Of a DNA stretch of 64,000 nt, positions 19,269 through 27,583 are shown piece by piece (position 1 is the stretch's first letter; each line of letters starts with the position of its first letter). This stretch comes from a virus (Duplodnaviria > Caudoviricetes): the IMG/VR virus record IMGVR_UViG_3300029288_000067, positions 96,001 through 160,000 of that record. One strand, given 5' to 3'. A model generated the notes under the pieces. That model was not told the origin of the DNA and searched no databases. It saw nothing but the letters and a program-made list of their open reading frames with translations. Position numbers and translations under genes: made by a program.

Positions 19269-19560
19269 ATGAGGTTGTCACACAAAATGAGCAATTACCC
19301 ATGCTTAATTCTTTTCTCAGAACATCTAAAACAATCTCAGCTTCTTCTTGGGTGATTTGATATTTATTCAAAACCCCCAGAGAGATTTCTTCATCTGCAA
19401 TAAATTGCCTATTCCCACAACCTTTTATCGGGGTGTCATCCAGATCCGTTGTTACCCCGAAATCCAAATACGAAGCTGGGACCCCATTGATGAGGAATTC
19501 TTCCAAATCACACATATCTTTACAACGACGACAAGTGAGGATCATTTTTTTCTCGCTCAT
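19255..19560 (-). CDS. hypothetical protein
   Basis: FxINGxxAxxxDFG...GCGN...CxxC pattern. Confidence 0.7.
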   Translation of the reverse strand: MSEKKMILTCRRCKDMCDLEEFLINGVPASYLDFGVTTDLDDTPIKGCGNRQFIADEEISLGVLNKYQITQEEAEIVLDVLRKELSMGNCSFCVTTSYGVR

Positions 19561-19993
19561 AAGGGAAATTCATCCTTCCTAAATTGTATAATCTTTCCTG
19601 TTTATTTCTGTTTTCATTTCTCAAGAAAGAATTGTTGAAATACCGAATAATACGGGGGAATAATTTGTATTCAATGATATCCGACAAAGAGGCAATCTTA
19701 CAGGGTCTTTCTAACCTGCCCCACAAAACCCCGGAATCATAGGGAAACTCAACCCTTTTCACCCCTCCCGGGGCAGCAGAGTGCCCAAGATAAAGAGCCG
19801 GATTCCATTCCACCTCAACAATAAACCCACGACCATTGGTTTTCCGTTTTTCTCGGGTATTTGTCTTTTCGCTGTCCATACCGGAGATTTTCAAAGCAAG
19901 CATTTTTCTGTGCAAAAACTTTATCAGCCGGAGTCTCTCAGTTTTCTTTGTAAGCGGGGGAAAACCCCGCAACGTTGCAAAATTATATTTCAT
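19520..19993 (-). CDS. hypothetical protein (start uncertain)
   Basis: Only minus-strand ORF covering this interval. Confidence 0.45.
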   Translation of the reverse strand: MKYNFATLRGFPPLTKKTERLRLIKFLHRKMLALKISGMDSEKTNTREKRKTNGRGFIVEVEWNPALYLGHSAAPGGVKRVEFPYDSGVLWGRLERPCKIASLSDIIEYKLFPRIIRYFNNSFLRNENRNKQERLYNLGRMNFPYEREKNDPHLSSL

Positions 19994-19997
19994 TTTT

Positions 19998-20032
19998 ACA
20001 AAGGGAGGGGATTTTTATGTCCCCTCCCTTTT
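19998..20032 (-). terminator. intrinsic terminator
   Basis: 12-bp stem aaagggagggga/tcccctcccttt right after the vWA gene stop. Confidence 0.75.
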
Positions 20033-20039
20033 CCCATTC

Positions 20040-22318
20040 TTAGAAGTATTCTTTTACTCGCTCCATCTTCATATACAGGGTTTTATCCCCTGCTTCATAG
20101 GCATAGTTCTTCTTGGGGTCAAGAACAAAGCCTTCGAAGTTTCCACCGGTCAACAGTTTTGCCATCTTCAGACCGGCCAATTTTCCCCGGATAGAAAACA
20201 ACTTGGATTTCGTCTGTCGGAGTTGATCCTGCAGCCAATCACGAGTTTTCACAACAGGAGCATTCAAATCGATCTTATCCTGGGGGGCATTTCGCTCAAT
20301 CCTTGATTTTGCCTCTGACATAACTTCGAAAGCAACTGTCAGATTCTTCTTTGCCTTCAAAGCAACATCAACATCATCCACTTTCGGAAGACTGGAAATA
20401 CCCTTGAAAACAAACTCAAAGGCCCGGGTCTCGTAACTGTCACACTCATCGTTCTTTGGAGTCTTATTTTCCACCCCGGCATACGAGCCTGATTTTTCAA
20501 TCCCACTGGCTTCAAGGACCGCAATCTGTGCCGCTGTTTTGCCCTCAAAAATACCAACCTTCTTCTGTGCCGCAGTGGAGTTTGATTCGAACTGCTTCCA
20601 GTAATAGTTGAGGTATTTCTGATAGGCTTCTTCCTTCACCAATTCGGAAGCAAGAGAGAACACCGTAGAAGCAGAGATATTCTCATCGTACATTGCATTG
20701 ATGACAGGGAGCTTGTTCAATTTCACCACAGCACAAACAAACTTCTTCCCATGAGCATTCTCGATATCTTTTTGTGCCGTTTTGTCCCCGAGGATTGTTT
20801 CTTCCAGAATCTTCTTTTTCTTCTGGATCTTTTCAAAAGTTTCCTGGGGCATCAATGCAACCAACTTGTTCATGTTGAGATTGCCATCTTTGATGATCGT
20901 GTGGTTTCGATACACGAAAGCATCCAGAGTTGAAGGTAGACCCACAGAGCTTGCTTCATTTTCATCCAAAGCAACCGTTCCAAAAATTGTCATTCGGAGA
21001 GAGAGATTGCAACGTTCTTTGTTGAAAACAAAGTTCTCGAAGGGGGCAAGCACCGTGTCTTTCCCAAACTTGAACCGGTTCTGTGCATCCACGGTTTTCT
21101 TCCCAATACGCTTATACTCCACAGACTCATTGTGGAATGGGACATAGTAGGATTCTTCCGCAAGGATATTCAACAGGTCATATGCACAGAAAGCATCTTT
21201 TGCCGGGAGATAATTCCCTTTTGCCTGCCCATCAACATATCGATCCCCCGTGTTGAATGCTGCCTTTTCCAGCAACAATTGATGATTTGCACATTCATCA
21301 AAAGTATAAGAAGACATATGGGAGTCAATGAGTGCTTTATCCCCAAGAGTTGCAAGAACTTCCAGAGATTCTTTCCGGCGATTGCATAGTACAGAGAATA
21401 TGCATAGGCATACAGGAAATTCCGCACCGTGGGCTCCGCAACCTCTTCTTTCAGATCTTTTGTCTCATACGGGGCATCATTGTAATGGAACCGGAAATCA
21501 CCCTTATCTGAAACAATAAAGAACTGATTCTTTTTCTTATCCAACTTGGAGAGATACAATTCCAGATTGGACATTTTTGCAAATTTCCGGTTGAGGTAAA
21601 TGCCATCAACACCCATAGGATATTCCAGATGAACCTGTTCCACCCGGGAATCTGAAATACGCTCGAAATTTCTCTGCCAGATCGAGAGATACTCCGAGAT
21701 TTGCGAAGAATGCGTGAAAATACCGAACTCCGTTGCGGCAGAAAGCTTCTTCAGGAAGTCCACATTGTAGTAGTTTCCGTAACCAATGGTATTGAATGAA
21801 AGGATGTCCTTATTGAGACTCTTCACCAATTCCAAGCTTCTCCGCTCTTCTTCAACATTACCCCAAGGAACCCCACAAGGAATGCCATCGGTAAACAAGG
21901 TAGCAGAAATATTGGGGCACATGTCCCTCAAATCATTTACAATGTCTGCAACTTCCTTGATAGGCTCCGAGAAACAAGTTGTTCCAAGAGAAATCCGAAG
22001 ATCATCCAATTTTCGAATCAATTCAGGGGATTTCACAGCACCCTTCACAAGAGTTTTGTATTGCCCGGGAGAACTGAACCAAACAACAGAAATAAGGTCT
22101 TCTTTACCCATCAACTCCACAACACTCTTCAACTGATCCACCAGATTATCCAACAAGGAGTACATTGACCCCGAACGGTCGATAATAACGATCTGATGGA
22201 TTTTCGGGACAACAACGGACTTCACTTCAGTAATGACTTCATCATCATCCTGATTTACCGTGGTCAAAACAAGGTCTCGGCCACTAAGCAACTTCACTAC
22301 ATTCCGATAAAAATTCAT
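20040..22318 (-). pseudogene. vWA (MIDAS) domain protein interrupted by a 1-nt frameshift near 21383
   Basis: IIDRSGSM, LFTDG, IGYG in the 5' ORF; YAYSLYY continues in the shifted frame as NRRKESLEVLATLGDKALIDSHMSSY into ORF 20040-21317. Confidence 0.75.
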
Positions 22319-22370
22319 GTTTCCTCCATGTATATTTGTGCAGGACACTCAGACATTTTACTGCTTTTTC

Positions 22371-22399
22371 AGAATACAATAATTGCCTTGAAATTTCAA
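22371..22399 (-). promoter_or_regulatory. variant sigma70-type promoter for the vWA gene
   Basis: TTGAAA-N17-TATTCT with TG just upstream of the -10 box. Confidence 0.5.
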
Positions 22400-22404
22400 A
22401 TGAT

Positions 22405-23283
22405 TTATCGTTCCCCATATTCCTTTTGTGTCAGACACTTGAAAGAAATTTCCGTGGGAGTGACCGGGATAACCATTGTGTGCTCATCCAGTTGAACACA
22501 CTTGTTAAGGCATGTATCAAAATAGATCGGAAAATGATTATCCGCCCCATGGATCTTCAAACGCACAATTGGGCATTCCATCTTAACGATAAAAAATCCG
22601 GGTTTCAGATCTTTCAAAAGAACGGTCTGATACTGTTCGCACTTGAAAACCATACCATTTGACTCAAACTTGTTTTCCATGCCGTTTTTCTCTCCTGATA
22701 AATATTTTTCAAACTGGTTTTTCAAAGATTTTAACAAATCCTCGGACCACAAATACCGGGCATACTGATCATGCGACCCGGCTTTTTCTATAATTGCATA
22801 TTTGGAATCAATTGCAAACACTGTGGGGGAATAAGGATGTTCGGAATTTTTCAATCCCAACCTCATCAAAAGTTTTCCCACAACCTTTGCATCAGTTCCC
22901 AACTTTTTTCCCAGATCGGTTTGGGTTTTGTATGTCTGCTTTTTCTTCGGATTTTTTTGAGTTTCATTCCAGAAAGTATCCGCTCTTTTCATTACATTGG
23001 ATATCCTATCATTTCCATCAAAAAACTCAGAATGAATCTCCCAAATAATTTTTGGGATTAAATTATTTTTTGCAGCTTCCTCAATCCATTTTGCCACATC
23101 ATAACCCGTTTTACCTTTTCCCAAGTCATAATCAAAAGATATGTGGGTAACATTCTTACTTTGCAGATAATTGACACACTCTTGATAGCTTGTGACATGG
23201 ACTACGGCTCTTTCACTATTGGAAATAACCCGCAACCAATTTGGAACCGGGCGAACATCATCGAGCCAAACAAAATATTTCAT
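22405..23283 (-). CDS. cyclic-phosphate-processing receiver domain fused to an HTH-like and an unknown domain
   Basis: WLDDVR, SFDYDLG, TGYDVAKWI, IHS; then KTQTDLGKKLG..VGKLL. Confidence 0.75.
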   Translation of the reverse strand: MKYFVWLDDVRPVPNWLRVISNSERAVVHVTSYQECVNYLQSKNVTHISFDYDLGKGKTGYDVAKWIEEAAKNNLIPKIIWEIHSEFFDGNDRISNVMKRADTFWNETQKNPKKKQTYKTQTDLGKKLGTDAKVVGKLLMRLGLKNSEHPYSPTVFAIDSKYAIIEKAGSHDQYARYLWSEDLLKSLKNQFEKYLSGEKNGMENKFESNGMVFKCEQYQTVLLKDLKPGFFIVKMECPIVRLKIHGADNHFPIYFDTCLNKCVQLDEHTMVIPVTPTEISFKCLTQKEYGER

Positions 23284-23325
23284 ATATGTTTCCTTCACAT
23301 CCTATTACAGGAGTATGCAGACATT

Positions 23326-23667
23326 TTACCACTCTTTTTGATCAAAATCAACACTTTCCCAATATTTTTCAGCTTTTTGCATTGCTCGAACAATATTTCT
23401 TGCCCCTGTTGGATTTTGAGAATGAACCGACCACTCCAATTTTTGAATTCTTTTTTCGAATGCTGCTTTTTCAATCCAACAAGCGACATCGTAACCGGAA
23501 AGCCCCTCTCCAAGATCATGATCAAAATCAAGATAGACAACATCTCCTGTTTCCAGAAGGGAGATTGCCTCCTCGTAGTTCTTGCAGATATGGGTAAACC
23601 CTATTGCGGTGTATGTGGGGTGGGTTGGAATAGACCTCACATCATCCAGCCAAATCCGTATTTTCAT
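23326..23667 (-). CDS. cyclic-phosphate-processing receiver domain protein
   Basis: WLDDVR, LDFDHDLG, SGYDVACWI, VHSQNPTG. Confidence 0.85.
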   Translation of the reverse strand: MKIRIWLDDVRSIPTHPTYTAIGFTHICKNYEEAISLLETGDVVYLDFDHDLGEGLSGYDVACWIEKAAFEKRIQKLEWSVHSQNPTGARNIVRAMQKAEKYWESVDFDQKEW

Positions 23668-23685
23668 ATTTTCTCCCGGGGAATA

Positions 23686-23910
23686 TTACCAATACCGCAG
23701 GGTAAACCCCTCTTCTTTGTTGAAGGACAAAACCCGAGATTCTTCATGCACTTCAGCGCACACCCTTGAGGTTTCTTCTTGTACGGGGACAAAATTCTGC
23801 CCTTCCCAAATCTTGTAGGGGATCTTCAACTCTTCCAACTTTTGGACAGTCATCTTTGTCTCCATGTATGTTCTGCTCCCTTGATAAATTACCAACATAT
23901 TTCCCTCCAA
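23686..23910 (-). CDS. hypothetical protein
   Basis: First gene after promoter copy 7; the real start is probably ATG 23898 after GGAGG. Confidence 0.6.
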   Translation of the reverse strand: MEGNMLVIYQGSRTYMETKMTVQKLEELKIPYKIWEGQNFVPVQEETSRVCAEVHEESRVLSFNKEEGFTLRYW

Positions 23911-23927
23911 AGAATTCTTATATCGAG

Positions 23928-23956
23928 ATATTACCCGGACCCCTCGGAAACTTCAA
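23928..23956 (-). promoter_or_regulatory. sigma70-type early promoter, copy 7
   Basis: TTGAAG-N17-TAATAT; contains the helicase TGA stop. Confidence 0.85.
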
Positions 23957-25680
23957 ATTTTCCAATCTGAATGAGCCTCAAAAACTTTCTCAGCAATCTC
24001 AGGATCATAAAATTCATTATTTGGACTACAATACTTTACCCAAAAAAAATAATCTTTTCTTTCTTCCGGGTCTTCTGAAGAGCATATGGGCTTCTTTTTT
24101 CGTGCAATCAATCGCTCTGTCATTATTTCCTTTGTAGTTTCTTCATGAGCTTCCCGAAGAACCCAGCCCTCCATATCCCCATGGGTGATAGCCCCTTTTT
24201 TGGCAAGAATGGCTTGAATAATGTCTTCTTTTGAAAAATTATCCTGTAAATTGTTTTCAACAACCTCCAACAACTCTTTGTGCGCCTTCCGGGGCGCATT
24301 GTTTCGAGTGTACAAGGGGGCAGTCAAAGGGATGTCTTTAAATTTGGTGGGGTCTGTTCCATCACTCCCCATTTCGTACAAATCTGCTAGACCTTTTGCA
24401 CAGCGAAGGATACTTTCTTTTTGATAGAGGTAATCAACACAGGCCACCCATTCTTTTCCTGGGAAAGGTCTACAAATACGTCCGGATCTCTGCCCAATTC
24501 TTGTACCACTCCGGGTTTTTGACATCAAATGGCAATACTTCAACCGGGGGATATTAATTGATTCACTTCCAACATCAACCGTAACAAAACCAATATACTT
24601 CCCGGCATTCAATTTATCAATCAAGATCTTCCTGCTTGCAATTGTGCCCGATTTGGAAGTCATAACCACCATGCCTTCCCACCCGAGTTGTTTGTTTATC
24701 TCTCTACAGATATCTTCGGCAACTTCACAATTATATGCAAAAACCACATGACTTGCAGTAGGATCTTTCTTCTGAACATCCATGAACAATCCCGCCAACC
24801 TCACATAATGTCGCATCAAAGCTTCTATAACTAGGGGATCTTTTGAGTCAATTCGTATATCTTTTCCATTAAGATTTACTTTCAAACCCTCTTCCAGTTT
24901 TCCAACAATAAGGACAGATCCCCTTAATTCCGGAATATACCCCAAGCGAATCAATTCCTGCATAGAGATCCGGAAATCCACTTTCTCAACACCAAACGGA
25001 TTCTGCTCATCCATACGGAAATGGGTGCCCGTCATCATCATCAATTTTACCCCGTAGGATTTAACACAGCCTTTGATAATCCCCGGCAACTTTCCAATAT
25101 ACACAGTTTGTTTCTTGTTTTCATCTTCTTCCGGAAATCGGTGAACCTCATCGACAACAATAATTGAGGTGTTTTCCATCATTGTGTGAAAATCTTGTGT
25201 ATTATTCCGAAATTCCCGGACAACCTCGAAATGAGTCTTGATATGGATTTTCTTGGAGTAATCAAAAACACCCCCAACGTCATACTCACAATCAAAGCCC
25301 CAAGTGTTGTGCAAAACTTTCCGGGCATCGTTTTCGAAATGATCGAAAGCAGTTTTGTTGGGAGAAATAAACAAAACATGCTTGTTTGGATTGTGGTGGA
25401 GAAAATATGCAATAACCATGAAGCCAATAATTGTTTTCCCAGCACTACAAAAGGCTTCGATAGCCGCAACACCCTTTTTCTTCAAGAGTTCCAAAGTATT
25501 CTTCAAAATATCTGCTTGATATGGGCGCAATTCAATTTTTTTATTGCCTTCCTCGGGGGGATATTTCTGGGAAGCAATCTTTACAAAATCCCGGATGAGG
25601 TTTGTGAAGGTTCTTTCCTCCGCAACAACCTTTGTATCAAGAGGGTGTTCTTCCATTTGCTCAATTTGTTCTTGTGTCAT
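23953..25680 (-). CDS. superfamily 2 DExH helicase
   Basis: Q-motif LRPYQ, Walker A SAGKT, DEVH, TGT, ESINIP, QRSGRICR. Confidence 0.9.
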   Translation of the reverse strand: MTQEQIEQMEEHPLDTKVVAEERTFTNLIRDFVKIASQKYPPEEGNKKIELRPYQADILKNTLELLKKKGVAAIEAFCSAGKTIIGFMVIAYFLHHNPNKHVLFISPNKTAFDHFENDARKVLHNTWGFDCEYDVGGVFDYSKKIHIKTHFEVVREFRNNTQDFHTMMENTSIIVVDEVHRFPEEDENKKQTVYIGKLPGIIKGCVKSYGVKLMMMTGTHFRMDEQNPFGVEKVDFRISMQELIRLGYIPELRGSVLIVGKLEEGLKVNLNGKDIRIDSKDPLVIEALMRHYVRLAGLFMDVQKKDPTASHVVFAYNCEVAEDICREINKQLGWEGMVVMTSKSGTIASRKILIDKLNAGKYIGFVTVDVGSESINIPRLKYCHLMSKTRSGTRIGQRSGRICRPFPGKEWVACVDYLYQKESILRCAKGLADLYEMGSDGTDPTKFKDIPLTAPLYTRNNAPRKAHKELLEVVENNLQDNFSKEDIIQAILAKKGAITHGDMEGWVLREAHEETTKEIMTERLIARKKKPICSSEDPEERKDYFFWVKYCSPNNEFYDPEIAEKVFEAHSDWKI

Positions 25681-25704
25681 TTTCTATATGCCTTTTATTG
25701 TATT

Positions 25705-26088
25705 TCAAGGAAATTCAACAGATTCCCCGGACCATTTTTCCAGCTTCTTGTGCAGGCTGTTCATAACCCGGATGAATCCTCGATGCTTGTTTTCAGTATA
25801 TCCTTCGATCTCAAATCGAGCTTGTTCTTCTGATCTCTCTAGGATTGTTCCCCCGGAGAATGAGTCAAGGACGAGATACTTCTCTTCTACAGACAAATCT
25901 TTGGACTCGGGAAGCTCCCCGGATTCAACCATCTTTTCCAATTTTTTACAAGCATCGTACGTTTGTTCTTCGGTAAGATTCCCGAAAGGAAGATCTGGCT
26001 CTGCATCCATGAACAATGCTTGGTAAAGGCAGTCTGGCAATTCCAACCGGTCGAGAAGAATTTCCTGCTCCCGTTTTGTGAGTTTCAC
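25705..26088 (-). CDS. hypothetical protein
   Basis: GTGA overlap with the upstream gene. Confidence 0.7.
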   Translation of the reverse strand: MKLTKREQEILLDRLELPDCLYQALFMDAEPDLPFGNLTEEQTYDACKKLEKMVESGELPESKDLSVEEKYLVLDSFSGGTILERSEEQARFEIEGYTENKHRGFIRVMNSLHKKLEKWSGESVEFP

Positions 26089-26387
26089 AGGTGAGTATCC
26101 AATCCGGTGTTTTTCGTGAAGGACACTTGCAACATATCCCAGTAGATGTCATTTTCTTCCACAGCAACTGTTACTTTCACCCCACGGATTTTCAAATACT
26201 GCACATCGTACAGATCTTTCCCGTTGAGGGTGATTCTCACTCCCGAGATATTCTTTGCATTCCGACCCACCCGAAAGGAGAGGGTATTGTCCGAGTAAGC
26301 AAAGTTTTTGGAACCGGTCATTGCAATGAACTTGTTCCCGCCCAACTGTGCGAGGATTGTATTTGCCATTTCTTTACCGGTAGTCAT
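26085..26387 (-). CDS. conserved phage hypothetical protein
   Basis: ILxQLGG..FIAMTG, DLY, IYxDML...TGLxT pattern. Confidence 0.8.
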   Translation of the reverse strand: MTTGKEMANTILAQLGGNKFIAMTGSKNFAYSDNTLSFRVGRNAKNISGVRITLNGKDLYDVQYLKIRGVKVTVAVEENDIYWDMLQVSFTKNTGLDTHL

Positions 26388-26421
26388 TTGTTTTCCCCTT
26401 GGGTTTTGTTCTTACGAAGAT

Positions 26422-26450
26422 ATATTACCGCGAGGAGGACAAAACTTCAA
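26422..26450 (-). promoter_or_regulatory. sigma70-type early promoter, copy 8
   Basis: TTGAAG-N17-TAATAT; contains the upstream TGA stop. Confidence 0.85.
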
Positions 26451-27277
26451 ATCAGTGAGGAGATTTCTTTTACCCGCCCATCACTCTTCAAAAAGTCATG
26501 AATATCTTTTTCTGACTTCCATCCATCAATATTTGTGTTTCGCCCGGTATTTATCCAGAAAAACCATTTACCCTTACCATCCTTACGGGGAAAGCAACAC
26601 ATAGCATTTTCAAAGGACCTATTTTCTTTGTTGGATGAAATGTGCTTGTTGATCAATTCCAGATATTCGTGCCCCTTTGTATCGTACATGAGGGCTTCTT
26701 CTGCACTCTTTGGGTCTTCCTCAAAAATCTCCGTTCGAATATAAAACTCGTATTCCTGAGAAACTACCCGGGAAGTATCAAATGGATTCCGGCGAAAAAA
26801 GTCTGATAAGGAATTTCCCCCGAAAGGTCCATCTCTCTGGGACAACACCTCTTCCAACTCTTCCTTGGACACCTTTGCAATTTCCGAGGCTTTGTCACAG
26901 AGAGATTGTAACGGATTCATAGGATCGAATGCAAGAACAAGATCCGTAATAATTCCGGCAAGAATATCTGTTACCTGTTCTTCATTCTCTTTTAGCATCT
27001 TTCCCCAAAACCCATCGAAATAACAACATTGCCCGGATAATACCAGACTTCCTACACCGGGAATATTACAACCACCCTCACACTTGTAGATACCAACCTC
27101 CTGAGTGTGGAAAGATCCTGTGAGAACTTTTGTTCCAACCTGCGAAACTAGCCTCTGAAATACGCGACCAAACATAATTAGACCATAAGGCAGCTTATCA
27201 AACATATACTGCCCAGAAGACCGAAGATACTTTTCCTTTTCCAACAACCGCTTGCTCTCATTAACAATCTTTTCCAT
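26447..27277 (-). CDS. hypothetical protein
   Basis: 276 aa; AGGAG RBS after promoter copy 9. Confidence 0.75.
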   Translation of the reverse strand: MEKIVNESKRLLEKEKYLRSSGQYMFDKLPYGLIMFGRVFQRLVSQVGTKVLTGSFHTQEVGIYKCEGGCNIPGVGSLVLSGQCCYFDGFWGKMLKENEEQVTDILAGIITDLVLAFDPMNPLQSLCDKASEIAKVSKEELEEVLSQRDGPFGGNSLSDFFRRNPFDTSRVVSQEYEFYIRTEIFEEDPKSAEEALMYDTKGHEYLELINKHISSNKENRSFENAMCCFPRKDGKGKWFFWINTGRNTNIDGWKSEKDIHDFLKSDGRVKEISSLI

Positions 27278-27320
27278 ATATATGTCTCCTGTATTTTATT
27301 TCTGGATAAACAACATCAAG

Positions 27321-27349
27321 ATATTACCACGAGGGCAACAAAACTTCAA
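27321..27349 (-). promoter_or_regulatory. sigma70-type early promoter, copy 9
   Basis: TTGAAG-N17-TAATAT. Confidence 0.85.
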
Positions 27350-27350
27350 A

Positions 27351-27581
27351 CTAATCGATGTCCGGTGTTTGCAATTTGTTGATGTATTTATCGAAAATAT
27401 TTTTCCCGAGTAAATCAGTCATGGCAGCTTCAAAAATGTAATGACAGAAATCATTATCATCGTGATACTTGTCGGACTGAGTATAATCAATATACTCCTG
27501 CACAACTTTTTTCAATTGTGTAAAATCCGGGTTTTCAAGCATTTTGGGGACAGTCAATTTCTTATTGGGGTTTTGTGACAT
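27351..27581 (-). CDS. hypothetical protein
   Basis: Start re-called to ATG 27581 (AAGGA RBS). Confidence 0.65.
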   Translation of the reverse strand: MSQNPNKKLTVPKMLENPDFTQLKKVVQEYIDYTQSDKYHDDNDFCHYIFEAAMTDLLGKNIFDKYINKLQTPDID

Positions 27582-27583
27582 AT

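Noticed and set aside
23681-23711. Tenth early promoter copy
   Set aside because: GGTAATAT is present but there is no TTGAAG at the correct spacing
51-27349. CRISPR array or integron attC interpretation of the recurring ATATTACC...AAACTTCAA repeat
   Set aside because: Copies are dispersed at kb distances, are not palindromic, and fit a -35/-10 promoter with 17-bp spacing
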